This document shows positions 11,482-22,183 of a DNA stretch of 64,000 bases, piece by piece. The notes beneath the pieces were generated by a model. It saw nothing but the letters and a program-made list of their open reading frames with translations, had not been told where the DNA came from and did no database searches. Position 1 is the first letter of the stretch, and each line of letters begins with the position of its first letter. Source of the DNA: Salisapilia sapeloensis CBS 127946 (Eukaryota > Protista > Oomycota); assembly GCA_023334545.1 (NCBI GenBank), contig JAADVB010000008.1, positions 62,001-126,000 of the forward strand, given 5' to 3'. The translations under genes were made by a program, and so were the position numbers.

Positions 11482-13411
11482 ATGGGGTATAGTGGCTTGA
11501 AAAATCCTTCACATCACATGTAGCTAAAAGAGTGATGTAGAGACGCGTTTGGTGGGGAATACTTGATACTTCCAACCGAAGCTGAGGCGTTGATTGAAAG
11601 TCTGTGCAATGTGCCGCTGGATGAGATTGGATTAGAGTCTAGATGGATGACGTATCATACGAATATGGAGAAGTTGAATTTGCAAGCGCATCAATCTGTG
11701 CAAAAGCAGCAAGACAACTTTGTCGTCGAAGGTCTATTGACGTACAACAAGTTTCCACTCGTCATCGGCAATATGCTCCAGTGTGAGATTTGGAAGCAGA
11801 AAGTATATCCTCGATTGCAAACGAAAAGCAATTCGAATGTCGCACTACGAGTCTACTTTATCGTAAGGAATCATCAAGATTTACTACTTGAGATTTATTA
11901 TTTAACTACTGTTTGGGTAGTTGTATCATGAAGCCCTGCTCTGTAACTTACTAGAGCTGGCGTTCGCCCAAGAGCATGTCATCCAGTCGATGGACGAAGA
12001 CTATATCCTTGAAGTGGTCGACTTTTGTCTTCGTAAGATCACTTGGTTACTATCTCTCTCGCCCAAGCAGCTCGCATCTATACAAAATCCGTATTCTGAT
12101 ACCTCCAAAGAAGCCGTGTCCGCTCTTGCTCTGTCAACTGAGCCGTCCATTGACCAGCAGTCAATGGAGCTCGACTTTCGTGTTGCAGTCCAAAGCATCA
12201 CGCTTCTCCGTTACGTTAGTGAGAAGCTTCATTTACTATCACTTGGCGTTGTCTCTCGTCTGTTGGACAAGCACGATGTTCTTTTATCTCTCGTTCCACT
12301 CGTTGAGAATCCACCGTGGACATGTCGAACGACTAGACCTAACGGAGATGTGGTGTGGAAGAAGTTTGTGCAACAAAAGTGGAAAACAGTCGAAGCAAAG
12401 GACTTGCTCCAACTCACAAGTACTGAAGCTCAAGTGTGGATTGCTATCTATTACCTTCTCTGCACCAAGTCTGCTCGTGACCAGTATGAAATTACATCCT
12501 TCCGCAAGAATCAACTTGTCCGCATTCGGAAGTTTATGAATGACGTACTAGTGGATCAACTCCCTATGCTCGTAGACATCCAACGTTACTTGGATGAACT
12601 TGCCATCACGAATGTCGACTTGATGCATGGTGCTCGTCAAGCCAAATCGAGTCTAGTCATGGAAACGGTGCCTTATATTCGACAATCGATCCACACTCAA
12701 TTCAAGAACAGGTACGATGACATTGCGCAAGACTTTGATACGAGAGGCAAGTCGATGGAGAGACGACAAGATCTAATGCAGTTAGCTGACTTGTATCAAC
12801 TCGACGGTATCGATGAACTCGTGGATGAAGGTTTCCAAGAACCGATTCGAGAGGAAGACAAGGAGAAAGATAAAGACGTAGAAAGAGTAGATGAACTGAT
12901 GATACCAACGACAGTCAAGCTCATCTTTGATAACGTTGCCAATCGAGCAGCTAGTCACGAGCCATTGATCCAGGAGATATCCACAACTAGTGACAGCACT
13001 TCTCTCCCAAGTAAGTCGGGCAATGTACTGCCTCAAGTAGAGGTAGAGTGTATCGTGGATGCAACACAAGTGAAGATGATGGAGAACGGAAAGCTACAGT
13101 ACTACCGCTATCCAATGAAGAAAAAGAGTGAAGCATTGACGATTGCTGCGACATCTAAAGTAGATGCTCACATCTCCTTTGCGCCAGAGGAGAAAGCTAT
13201 CGACGGACTTGACAACCAGGACGAAAGCACGATCGTCACGGTTTCATGTGGAAACCTAAAGCTGCCAACTTCCAGCACCCAAAAGATGTGGACGCAACTC
13301 GGGTCACTACAAGACGGAAGTCTATCAGTCATCCAGTGTCAGTGCGTCCCACATACGAGCATTCGAGACACGTACACGATCGGTTCCGTCTTCCTTTGTG
13401 TGCCTTTTTAA
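11482..13411 (+). CDS. ZMYND10: ZMYND10-like axonemal dynein assembly factor lacking the MYND finger
   Basis: Introns 11487-11540 and 11863-11920. Motifs EKLNLQAH, EIWKQKVYP, LYHEALLCNLLE, HDVLLSLVPLVENPPW, EAQVWIAIYYLL and LVDQLPMLVDIQRYL are typical of ZMYND10. The C-terminus is divergent. Confidence 0.8.
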
Positions 13412-13494
13412 ATTTAACAAAAAGACAAGAGAAATTGCCAAATCGATTCTTGTTTCATTTAGCACTTGATGAAAGATCCAACTACTCGTACGTC

Positions 13495-14921
13495 TTATTC
13501 CTCCAACATCTTACCGTCTTTCATCTTCAAGATCATGGCGTCGACACGTTCCGTTGCCTTGGGAATATCCAATTCCAAGTCACCCAGTCGCTGACGCACA
13601 CGTTCCACGCCTTTCGACAACTGGACCTTGGTCATCACGTCGTCTTGGATGAAAAATTCCAGCAACGCAACCATGTCGTCATCCTTCTTCTCTTCCAATG
13701 CGTTCACAATGCCTTGTTTCACCACTTCATGGTGGAACTGCGGCACGTCCAGCTCCTTGACGCAACGTTTCGCTTCCTCCTTGTCACCCGACATGAGGTA
13801 CTCTTTCGTTAAGTGGTCGATGGCTGTCTTCAATTCATCCACTGGACGTCCATCGCCAGGTCCCCACGCTTTCTCCATACGCGCCGAGCCGTGGCTGATG
13901 CTGAGCTTCTGAATGGCTTCGGCCGCAATCGAAGGCGCATACCGAGTGATGAACGGATCTTCCAAGAAGGACGGAGGAAGGATTTCGTCCACAATGGCGC
14001 GAGCACAGAAGAGTGCTAGCATCGTTCGAGCAGACGGAATGTCGATTTGCAGGTCGTCGGCCAGCAAAAGGACACGCTTGAACCCCATGGCGATCTCAGG
14101 CGGCGTCAGAGAGTTCAAGTAGAGCGCCGAGAGGAGACGGGAGACGCGTTCGCGCTCCTTGTCGTGACGATCCATGGCCATCGTCATCGCTCGTTTCACC
14201 ACTTCATAGTGGAATTCACGCTGGTCCAACTCTTCCAACGCACTAATGACTTCTTCAATATCACCACTCGTCAAGTACTCTTCCAGAATCTCGACAATGC
14301 GCTTCTTGATCTCAAGCGGAGGCGTCACGGCGAGTTCCTTGGCAGCAAGATCGTCCGGCTCGAGGTTGATCGGCTCCGACTTCTTGGCAGGTGGCGCGCC
14401 AGTTGAAATGAGCACGACGTTTTCCTCGGCTTCACTGTCATAGTTCGGGTCGTCGCCATCCACGGCCGTGACCGCCGTCATCACTTCATTGTTCTTCTTG
14501 CTCCACACACCTTTCTGCCCGCCGCCCATGCGCTTCTCCAGATCCCGAGACTTGCTGCGCTCCTTGCGCACTGGCGCTGGTTTCTCTCCAGCATTGCCTT
14601 TATTCGACGGAGCACTGTTGCTTCGACTTAAGGATCTGGCTTTACCTACATGCATGCAGAGAATATAGTCGTCAGTAAGCCTATTTATAAGCAATAATAG
14701 CGACGCATATACAAGTATATTGGATGCAATATGCATGTTCAGTACATCTTGCAAATACATTCGTACAGGACAAGATACAAGATACAGCAGAGCATGAATA
14801 TAAACGGATACAAAAGATGCTAGCTCGAAAGATTTGCCTTAAGAACACGGAAAAACGTAGCTGCAAACGTACCTTTATCAGAGGTAGGCGTGCCTTTGGA
14901 GCCCTGCGTCTTGCCCGGCAT
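13495..14921 (-). CDS. PDCD4: Programmed cell death protein 4-like (two MA3 domains)
   Basis: DGDDPNYDSE acidic motif and two MA3 repeats (KKRIVEILEEYLTSGDIEE...; KTAIDHLTKEYLMSGDKEEAKRCVKELDVPQFHHEVVK). First exon probably starts at ATG 14921 (MPGKTQG) and splices to the acceptor near 14649. Confidence 0.9.
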
Positions 14922-15106
14922 CTTATGAGCAAGTCGGGAGGGGCAGGGAGGAGAATGGAGCGTTTCGAAAGGAAAGAAGGCGCGAAGGTCACACGGCGTT
15001 TATCTGCTTGTGGGTCTCGCGGCGAATTATATTGTGCGTTTCCGAGACGACGAGCGTCTTTACGACTTCAACAACTAACTCGTACGATTTACGACCGACA
15101 TAGACG

Positions 15107-18100
15107 TTAAAAGTGACTATTTATTGGAGAAACCTTCACGCGACATCCTACGCACTCCCGCCGTCTTTCATCGTTTGTGCTGTTGCAACTACATGGACGT
15201 CAGTATGGAAGACGTAATAGAGGTAAGTACTAGTAGAGAGTACATAGAGCAGAGCCAAGTGGACTCGTCGATGCTCGTGCCACTGGGTGGGAAGACCCGT
15301 CGACGATGGCAGCGTTCACATTTGGCAACCCAGACGCTATTTTCGAACCGGCAGTCTTCATTCACACATACCCACGTCGAGTGACCTCGAAAAAGTTGAG
15401 CTGTGAGCACTTTCATAATGGGACTTGACATCCTTTCCACTCGAATCCGCGTACTCGCCAACGTCATTGCTGTAACATCATTAGTATCTCTCCCAAGGTT
15501 ACCACAAGTCGAACGTACCATTGGTTTCCTCTGCAGCTTGTATTGCTCCTTTCGATGTTGAAAACGATATCATGGCATCCCCTCTCGGTCGGTGCGAACG
15601 TTGGCACATGAAGACGTCGATTTTGGGAAAGCGTCCAGTGGCATCCATCTCCAATCCAAAAGGAGCAAATGTGTCTTCCAACGTACTCTCGGTCATATTC
15701 TGATGGAGACCAGTCACATAGACCGACCGCAATATACTGTCTTCATTCACACCAACGTTCGTCAAGTCCACTTTAGCATTATTCGACGGCTTTTCATCCA
15801 CTTCATAGTAAAACCCGTCGCTGTCCACATCTTCTGTCGTGCTCATAGCTTCCGACGCACCATTCGACGCCACTTGCGACGTCGTGTCTTCCTCTTCACT
15901 GCTCTGAATAAACTCATCCGTCCTCTCCTCTTTCTCCTTTATACCTCTCTCCTCCCGCTTCTCCCCCACACCTCCCTTCTCTCTATCCTTCGACCAAGAC
16001 CTCCGCTCTCTCTCCTTTGACCTGGACCTTCGTTCTCGATCTTTAGGCCTAGACCGATGCTCTCGATCGTTCAATCTGGATTTGTGATTCTGATCTTTAT
16101 ACTTCCAAGTTGGAGCTTTATCTTGCCGTCGAGGACCGTACCGACTATCAGAGTCCTTTCGACTGTCCGAATCCTTCCATCGAGTGAAATTACGCTTGGT
16201 GTCGTCACGACGTCGACGCTCTGTTTGATTCCCTGCATCCTTGTACCCTCGGCTGTCATACTCCTTGGACGACCGCGTCGTCTCGACCTTTCTCTTCTTC
16301 GGGATCGGTGCATTCTCCAAATCTTTCAGTCGCTTTGCTCTCGCAGCTGCTGCCGTTGTCGTTCCCCACACATTCTTCTCCTGTTGCCTTTTGAATGCAT
16401 TCGGTCGCTTCGTCGTTCCTTTCTCCTCTCGTTCAGTCTCTTTTTTTTGTAAACCCAACGCATCGGAAAGATCCATCTGAGGTGTACGCTTAAAGTTAAA
16501 ATGCTGTTGGACCGGACTATACGAAAGGTATCTCGCCTCAACCTTCGGTTCATCCTGTAACACTTTAATTGAACGTCGATGGAATTGATATTTGCCTTTC
16601 GTCACAGTCGTCGTATGTATCGACGCTTCCTCCCGCTTCGCCATCTTCCGAAGACCGTTCGATCCATTCGGGAATTTTGGTTTATTAGATGATGGAGATG
16701 CTTTGGATGCTGGAGGTTCTTCCTTCTTGGGCTTACGAATCGTCGGAGCGGTGGGGATGGTCTTGCCAATTTTGGGCACTTTAGCTTGAGGCTGGACAGG
16801 TGGAGGGTCGTCTGCTTCCATAACGTCGTCCATGTTGGCGACGTCGTCGTACGCAATATCTGCTGTGCCTGTATCAGACGCTTCATCCATGTCCATGGTG
16901 CCTGTATCGGACGCCTCACCTATATCCATCGTCCCTGTATCCGATACTTCATCCATGAACTCCTCCATCGGTTCATCTACAAACTCAAGACTGGTGGTAG
17001 CAGATGTAGCTGCCACTTCTTCCGGCATGTCTTCTGTGCCATATCCATCGTCTACTTCACCCAAATCGTCATTGGTATCTGAGAACGATACAAAGTCTTC
17101 CTCCTGGTTATTAGAGATTGACGAAGCTTTACTATCATCATAGACACCTATCGTATCTATGCTATCACTTGTAGATGTAGATGGAGGGATTTTCTTTGCT
17201 TTCTTAGATGTTTTAAAATAAGAGAGAGGTTTATCATCATCACTCGAATCCAACGAGATAGTTACTGCAGATTGGATGTCCTGGATTCCTCTTCGTTTCG
17301 GTTTCTCTGGACTCTTGGCTGTTGGTGACTTTTGTGGAAAGTGGTCTCGACCGTCGAGGACAAGTGTCTTGGATGTCGTCTCTGGCTTCCGTAATCGTTT
17401 TTTGCCTTTCACAGCGATCTTGGACTTGGCTAGCAGCTCATCGTCCTTCGTGACCAGGTCCACTTGGAACTCTTTTGGATCGATACTTGTGTGTGCTGGA
17501 GGGGAATAGTCACTCGAGTCATTATCACTATTCACAGGACTACGACGGATGTCTTTTTGGTATTTCGATTGTGAATTTAAAGCTGTAACATGCTTGCTTC
17601 CTGTGATAGTAGGTCTGGACGATGTAGAAGGCGTTGTCTGCTTTTCCTGTCGAGATGTGAACGATTCTTTTCGTCCAGTGACATCAGATTGACGATTATT
17701 AGAGAGTTCATTCACTTTCTCTTGCACAGACCAACTACTGCTTACTTTAGACGGTTTAGATTGGCCTGAAGATAATGCTGCTTGGTTGACTCGGTTCAAA
17801 GAAGCTGTCTTGGGACTTAGTCCACGAACATCTCGCCGCTTGTTCCAGCTACTTTCTGTAGTATGTTTCTCCGTTGACTTTGAAACTGTGGATGAAGGTT
17901 CGACACTGCCGAGTATGGAAAAGCCATTGGATGTAATTTCCAACTCTTCCATTAGGTCATCTACGCCGTCATCCGGAAGGAATAGCTCGGACGTGTCTGA
18001 TACGGAGGTATTCGACTGCATGGACCCAAAGGTCGATGCAACTGACATAGATGTGCTAATGGGGCCATTGGTAATGACATGCGAGTCGCTAGACTTGCCG

Positions 18101-18366
18101 TTGGTCGTAGCATTCTCCAGCATTTGGATGTCTTCGGCACTGACACCACTGAGAAAAGCAAGTGCATCGCTATCAGGTAACAGGTCGGTATCAGAAGCTG
18201 CCTTGTCTATAAGATCTGGTGTCGCATGCCGCTGGTAGTGAATATAATTCAAGTGGCGATGGATCTTATTGAAAATGCTCATCGTGTCTTGCTCCAGCTT
18301 GCGTTCCTTGTACCGGATGTACCGATTGGTGTACTCGACTGCATCTTCCCACTGCTCCTCCGCCAT
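15107..18366 (-). CDS. Large low-complexity RNA-binding protein with C-terminal FET-like RRM and two RanBP2-type zinc fingers
   Basis: ORF 15499-18366 plus two spliced 3' exons. RRM SVYVTGLHQNMTE...PKIDVFMCQRSHRPRGDAMISF; fingers WVCVNEDCRFENSVWVAKCERC and WLCSICNSTNDERRRECVGC; stop at 15107-15109. Confidence 0.75.
15988..16068 (-). repeat. Three imperfect 27-bp in-frame tandem repeats (RS-like 9-aa units)
   Basis: Encode DREHRSRPK / DRERRSRSK / ERERRSWSK within the RRM-ZnF gene. Confidence 0.8.
16865..16963 (-). repeat. Three imperfect 33-bp in-frame tandem repeats (11-aa acidic units)
   Basis: Plus-strand units start at 16865, 16898 and 16931 and share cctgtatc. They encode MDE(V/A)SDTGT-type units. 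Confidence 0.85.
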
Positions 18367-19636
18367 GGACGTCCTTATAAAGTAACCTGCCTATAATCAG
18401 CTTGTATGCAGAGGTAGAGGAAGAGTACTGTACTGGATGACCCGGAGTACTTGAGGCACTCGTTTTTCCTTGCACTAATTGTTGTCTATCAAAAAGTATG
18501 GACACATTCGGGTAAATTTATATTGTAGATGATCGAAGAGTTTATTACTCCCGTCATGATTATCAGTGTTTTTAGATGTCCCTTGGATTTGCAGGGGGCA
18601 GGCATGGAAGAGGTACTTGACGATACGCTACTATGATGACTTTGGATGAAAGATACATGCTATCCTTTGACTCGGGATACATTCGATATTTTGATAGCAC
18701 GAAATGATAAGTGTGTCTTTAACATTTGGGAGTTGCAAGTGTTTCGAATGAAATTCTATAAGCACTTTTGATGCGTTGTCAATCAATTGCGTACATCTTG
18801 ACTTGCTTTAGATTAGTATGGCATGATCGGATGAATATTTGCTATCACATAGACTTGTGTTTTTACCTTTTTAGCTGAAATTGGTTCGTACGATTTGTAT
18901 TGCTGGAAATGATGCAGGTGTATTGAAAGTAAAGAACACACGTCCTCTAATGGGAACAATATGTGCCTTTACTTGTAGTTGCCTCTCTTTGCATAAGATT
19001 CTATCGTGTATCACTACTGATGGTCTCAATTCAATTATGGTTCCATCAATACTACGAAGACGAGTCAATTCACAGTCTAGAAATCTATCGCTAATGACTT
19101 GTCTCTTGGCTATTTACTTTTATAGAAATGATCCCATTATACTATACCTTAATTCGAAGGGTAGGCATAATTGTAGGTGTTGCTACCTACAAGGTACCGT
19201 TCAAGCTTCAAGTTCGTTGCTATACCAGTTGACGAATTGATTGTCACTCGAAGATTTTGCTGGTTTAAACAACATGCTGTTTTCTCTATATGACGTTCAA
19301 TGACACAAGTCAATGGAACGATAATCAAGAATACTCAAAAGTTCATCCGTGTAGCTAGCGAGTGCCATCTAAACGACCGTGAAACCTTCGTAGGAGATGC
19401 TATAGCTGTTCACATTTGATCCAATGAATAGAAACAGTATGCTACGGTATCTAACGCATAAGAGGAGCTACGATGAAACGTTTGAGTTGCATGAATCTAT
19501 CCATAGTTGTGAACACGCAGTGAAAGCAAGTTCGCAAGCTCTTCAATTTGCAGCAATTTTTCTTGACGTAAGCAACTTTAAAATGATCCGCCAAGGATGG
19601 ACATACAACACTCACAATTGTGTTAAAAGTTCGTCT

Positions 19637-19709
19637 TGGAGAAGCTGGGTATCGATCCCAGTACCTTTCGCATGCTAAGCGAACGCTCTACCATCTGAGC
19701 TACATCCCC
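19637..19709 (-). tRNA. tRNA-Ala(AGC): tRNA-Ala (anticodon AGC), 73 nt, intronless
   Basis: The minus strand folds as a cloverleaf: GGGGATG acceptor, GCTC/GAGC D stem, TTCGC/GCGAA anticodon stem around TT-AGC-AT, CTGGG-ATCGATA-CCCAG T arm, G3:U70 alanine identity pair, A73 discriminator, and a TTTT terminator 8 nt downstream. Confidence 0.97.
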
Positions 19710-20884
19710 TTTATATTTAATAATAGTAATTGTTTATATACAAACATAAATTTACATTCTCAGTTTTGTTTCATATATGAAAAAGTTTTTCAGGACAAGT
19801 TATAGGTTCGTCATAGGATGTAGAACTATAAAGAGCGGTTTGGAAACAAAGGTAAGGACCAATTTATGCACTTGCAAATAAAAGGCATTGGTTGGATGAA
19901 AGTATTGACTTTAAAGCATATGAATGTCACTTACTTTGACAGCAATACCTTTGTCAGGTTTCGGAAGTCGTAGTGGCTTGGTAGCTTGGGTTCTTTAGCA
20001 CGCTCAAGTTACGCACTATTCCTTTTTGACCTCGCCACTTCATACGCATTTCGAATCCGTGTGCTCGTCCTCGGAACGTATCAACTTTTATCAAAATCGT
20101 ATATATGATTCATGTCTATATTTTTCAGTGTCGTATCTTACGAGCACAAGCTTCGTTTATCTCTAAAATTGTACACATTACAATTATGACGTGAAAGTAG
20201 CTACTTCCTTTGTCATTTTTGGTGCACGTCTAAACGGTCAAAGTCGCATAAATCTCTTTATAGTCTATCGAGCAATCCGGTCTTCAACGGCAAGTTATGA
20301 GCTAAAATTTGGCTTCAGTCAGGTAGAGAGCTAGGATTCTCCCGATATGAAAGACTGTGAATATATTGGAAACCAATTTCAACAATCTTAAAATTATTTT
20401 TATTATTTCGACCTCGTCTTGGGCATGACGGTCAATTAAAAGCAACTTTGATACTCATTTCCCTTATATGTCATTTACAAAAAATACAAGGTGTATCCTT
20501 ACATCAGACTATGTTATATCAACAAAACCTATTCAAGACTTCGATCGTGTACAAGCGGCATGTTCCCATTCTCCTTGAACCCATGGTCATCCACACGATA
20601 CTAGCAATAACAGTCTTTCATCAGCGCATCTTACTTTCAAAACAAACTATGAAGACGAATGTTCTGGTGGGATTTATATGCCGGTATGGTATTTTCGAAA
20701 TGTAAAAGTCTTAAGTAGGTAGACAAAAGGCCAATCCTTGGTGACAGGAGACTCCATGCAGCCATCAGTCGTACAACTTTTGTCGACCACTGTTCAAAGT
20801 ATCATATTATAATGTATACTCTGCATACAAATGAATCATCTTGCTGACAAGACTTTCGCACACAACTAAAAACACCGATTGTGG

Positions 20885-22149
20885 ATGGCGGAGGCAGCAC
20901 AAGAGATGAAGCTACGAGGGTATGCGTTTTACAAAGCGATTGGAAGTCCATCTCGGATTGTCGCTCCAATGGTACCTACCCTGACTTTATACTAGCATTG
21001 AACAACAGTAACATGCAAGAAGGTCGATCAATCGGAATTGGCATTCCGAATGCTTTCCCGGCGATACGGCGGACAATTGTGCTATACGCCCATGTTCCAC
21101 AGCAGATTGTTTGCTGAAAGTGAAGACTACCGGAACAAGATGATGGAAGTTCATGCTCAAGACCGACCATTAGTCGTACAGGTACAACTTGCGAGACTAG
21201 AATTATCAGATGTGCGTATTGCAAATGTTAAACAAATTATTTTCATCTAGTTTTGTGGCAACGATCCACAGACGATGTTGGCAGCCGCCAAGCACGTCGA
21301 GTCTCAATGTGACGCTGTAGATCTCAACCTCGGATGTCCTCAGGTACATGAACTTCCAAATTACCACAGCAAATTATAAACTTATCTTTTGTCTAGGGCA
21401 TTGCTCGTAAAGGCCGATACGGCTCGTTCCTAATGAAAGAAAAGGATGTCGTTCGTGAAATTGTTAAGCTGCTCAGCCAGGAACTGTCTGTGCCAGTGAC
21501 TGTCAAAATTCGTGTCTTCCCAGACCGTCAAGAGACGCTGGAGTTTTGTGACATGCTACAGGAAGCAGGCTGTGACCTCTTGACCGTTCACGGTCGTACG
21601 AAAGAGATGAATAAGACGGCTGTCCGAGAAGTTGATCTGGACATTATTCGAGAGATCAAGTCTCGACTACAAATCCCAGTCATCTTGAACGGCGGCATCG
21701 AGACGTATGACGACATTGAAATGTCGTTAAAGCGAACTGGTGCCGATGGTGTCATGAGTTCGGAAGCTATTTTAGAAAACCCAGCTCTTTTCTCTGGCAA
21801 AAACCCCATCTACGACTCGGACGTGTCGTACTTGTCCATGGCAAGAGAGTACCTCGATCTCTCCGACGAGTTCCCTCCTTACACGAACAAGATCGTGCGA
21901 GCTCACTTATTCAAGATCCTTGCGCAGGACCTCGCGAAACATTCTGATCTTCGTCCGCAACTAGCTCAATCCAGTAGCGTCCTAGAGATGAAGGATGTGG
22001 TGGATGAATTAGAGAACCGACAGGATCCACCGACGTACAGTCTAGAGAATAGCTGGTACCGTCGGCATCGCAAGGCGCGACAGTTAGAAGAGGAAAAAGA
22101 CGCGTATGAGCACGTGCTGGACACTGGTTTCGGCGCCTTATTCAACTAA
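20885..22149 (+). CDS. DUS1: tRNA-dihydrouridine(16/17) synthase
   Basis: Spliced IVAPM|[16 protein letters not shown]...[27 protein letters not shown] (catalytic Cys), VTVKIR, LTVHGR, NGGI and DGVMSSE. Confidence 0.93.
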
Positions 22150-22183
22150 CACGAAAGTTCGTTTCAAGCCTACGTCTACTTTA

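Noticed and set aside
19121-19135. Minus-strand GGGATCATTTCTATA matching U3 snoRNA box A
   Set aside because: No box A', C', B, C or D elements or terminal stem were found at the expected spacing.
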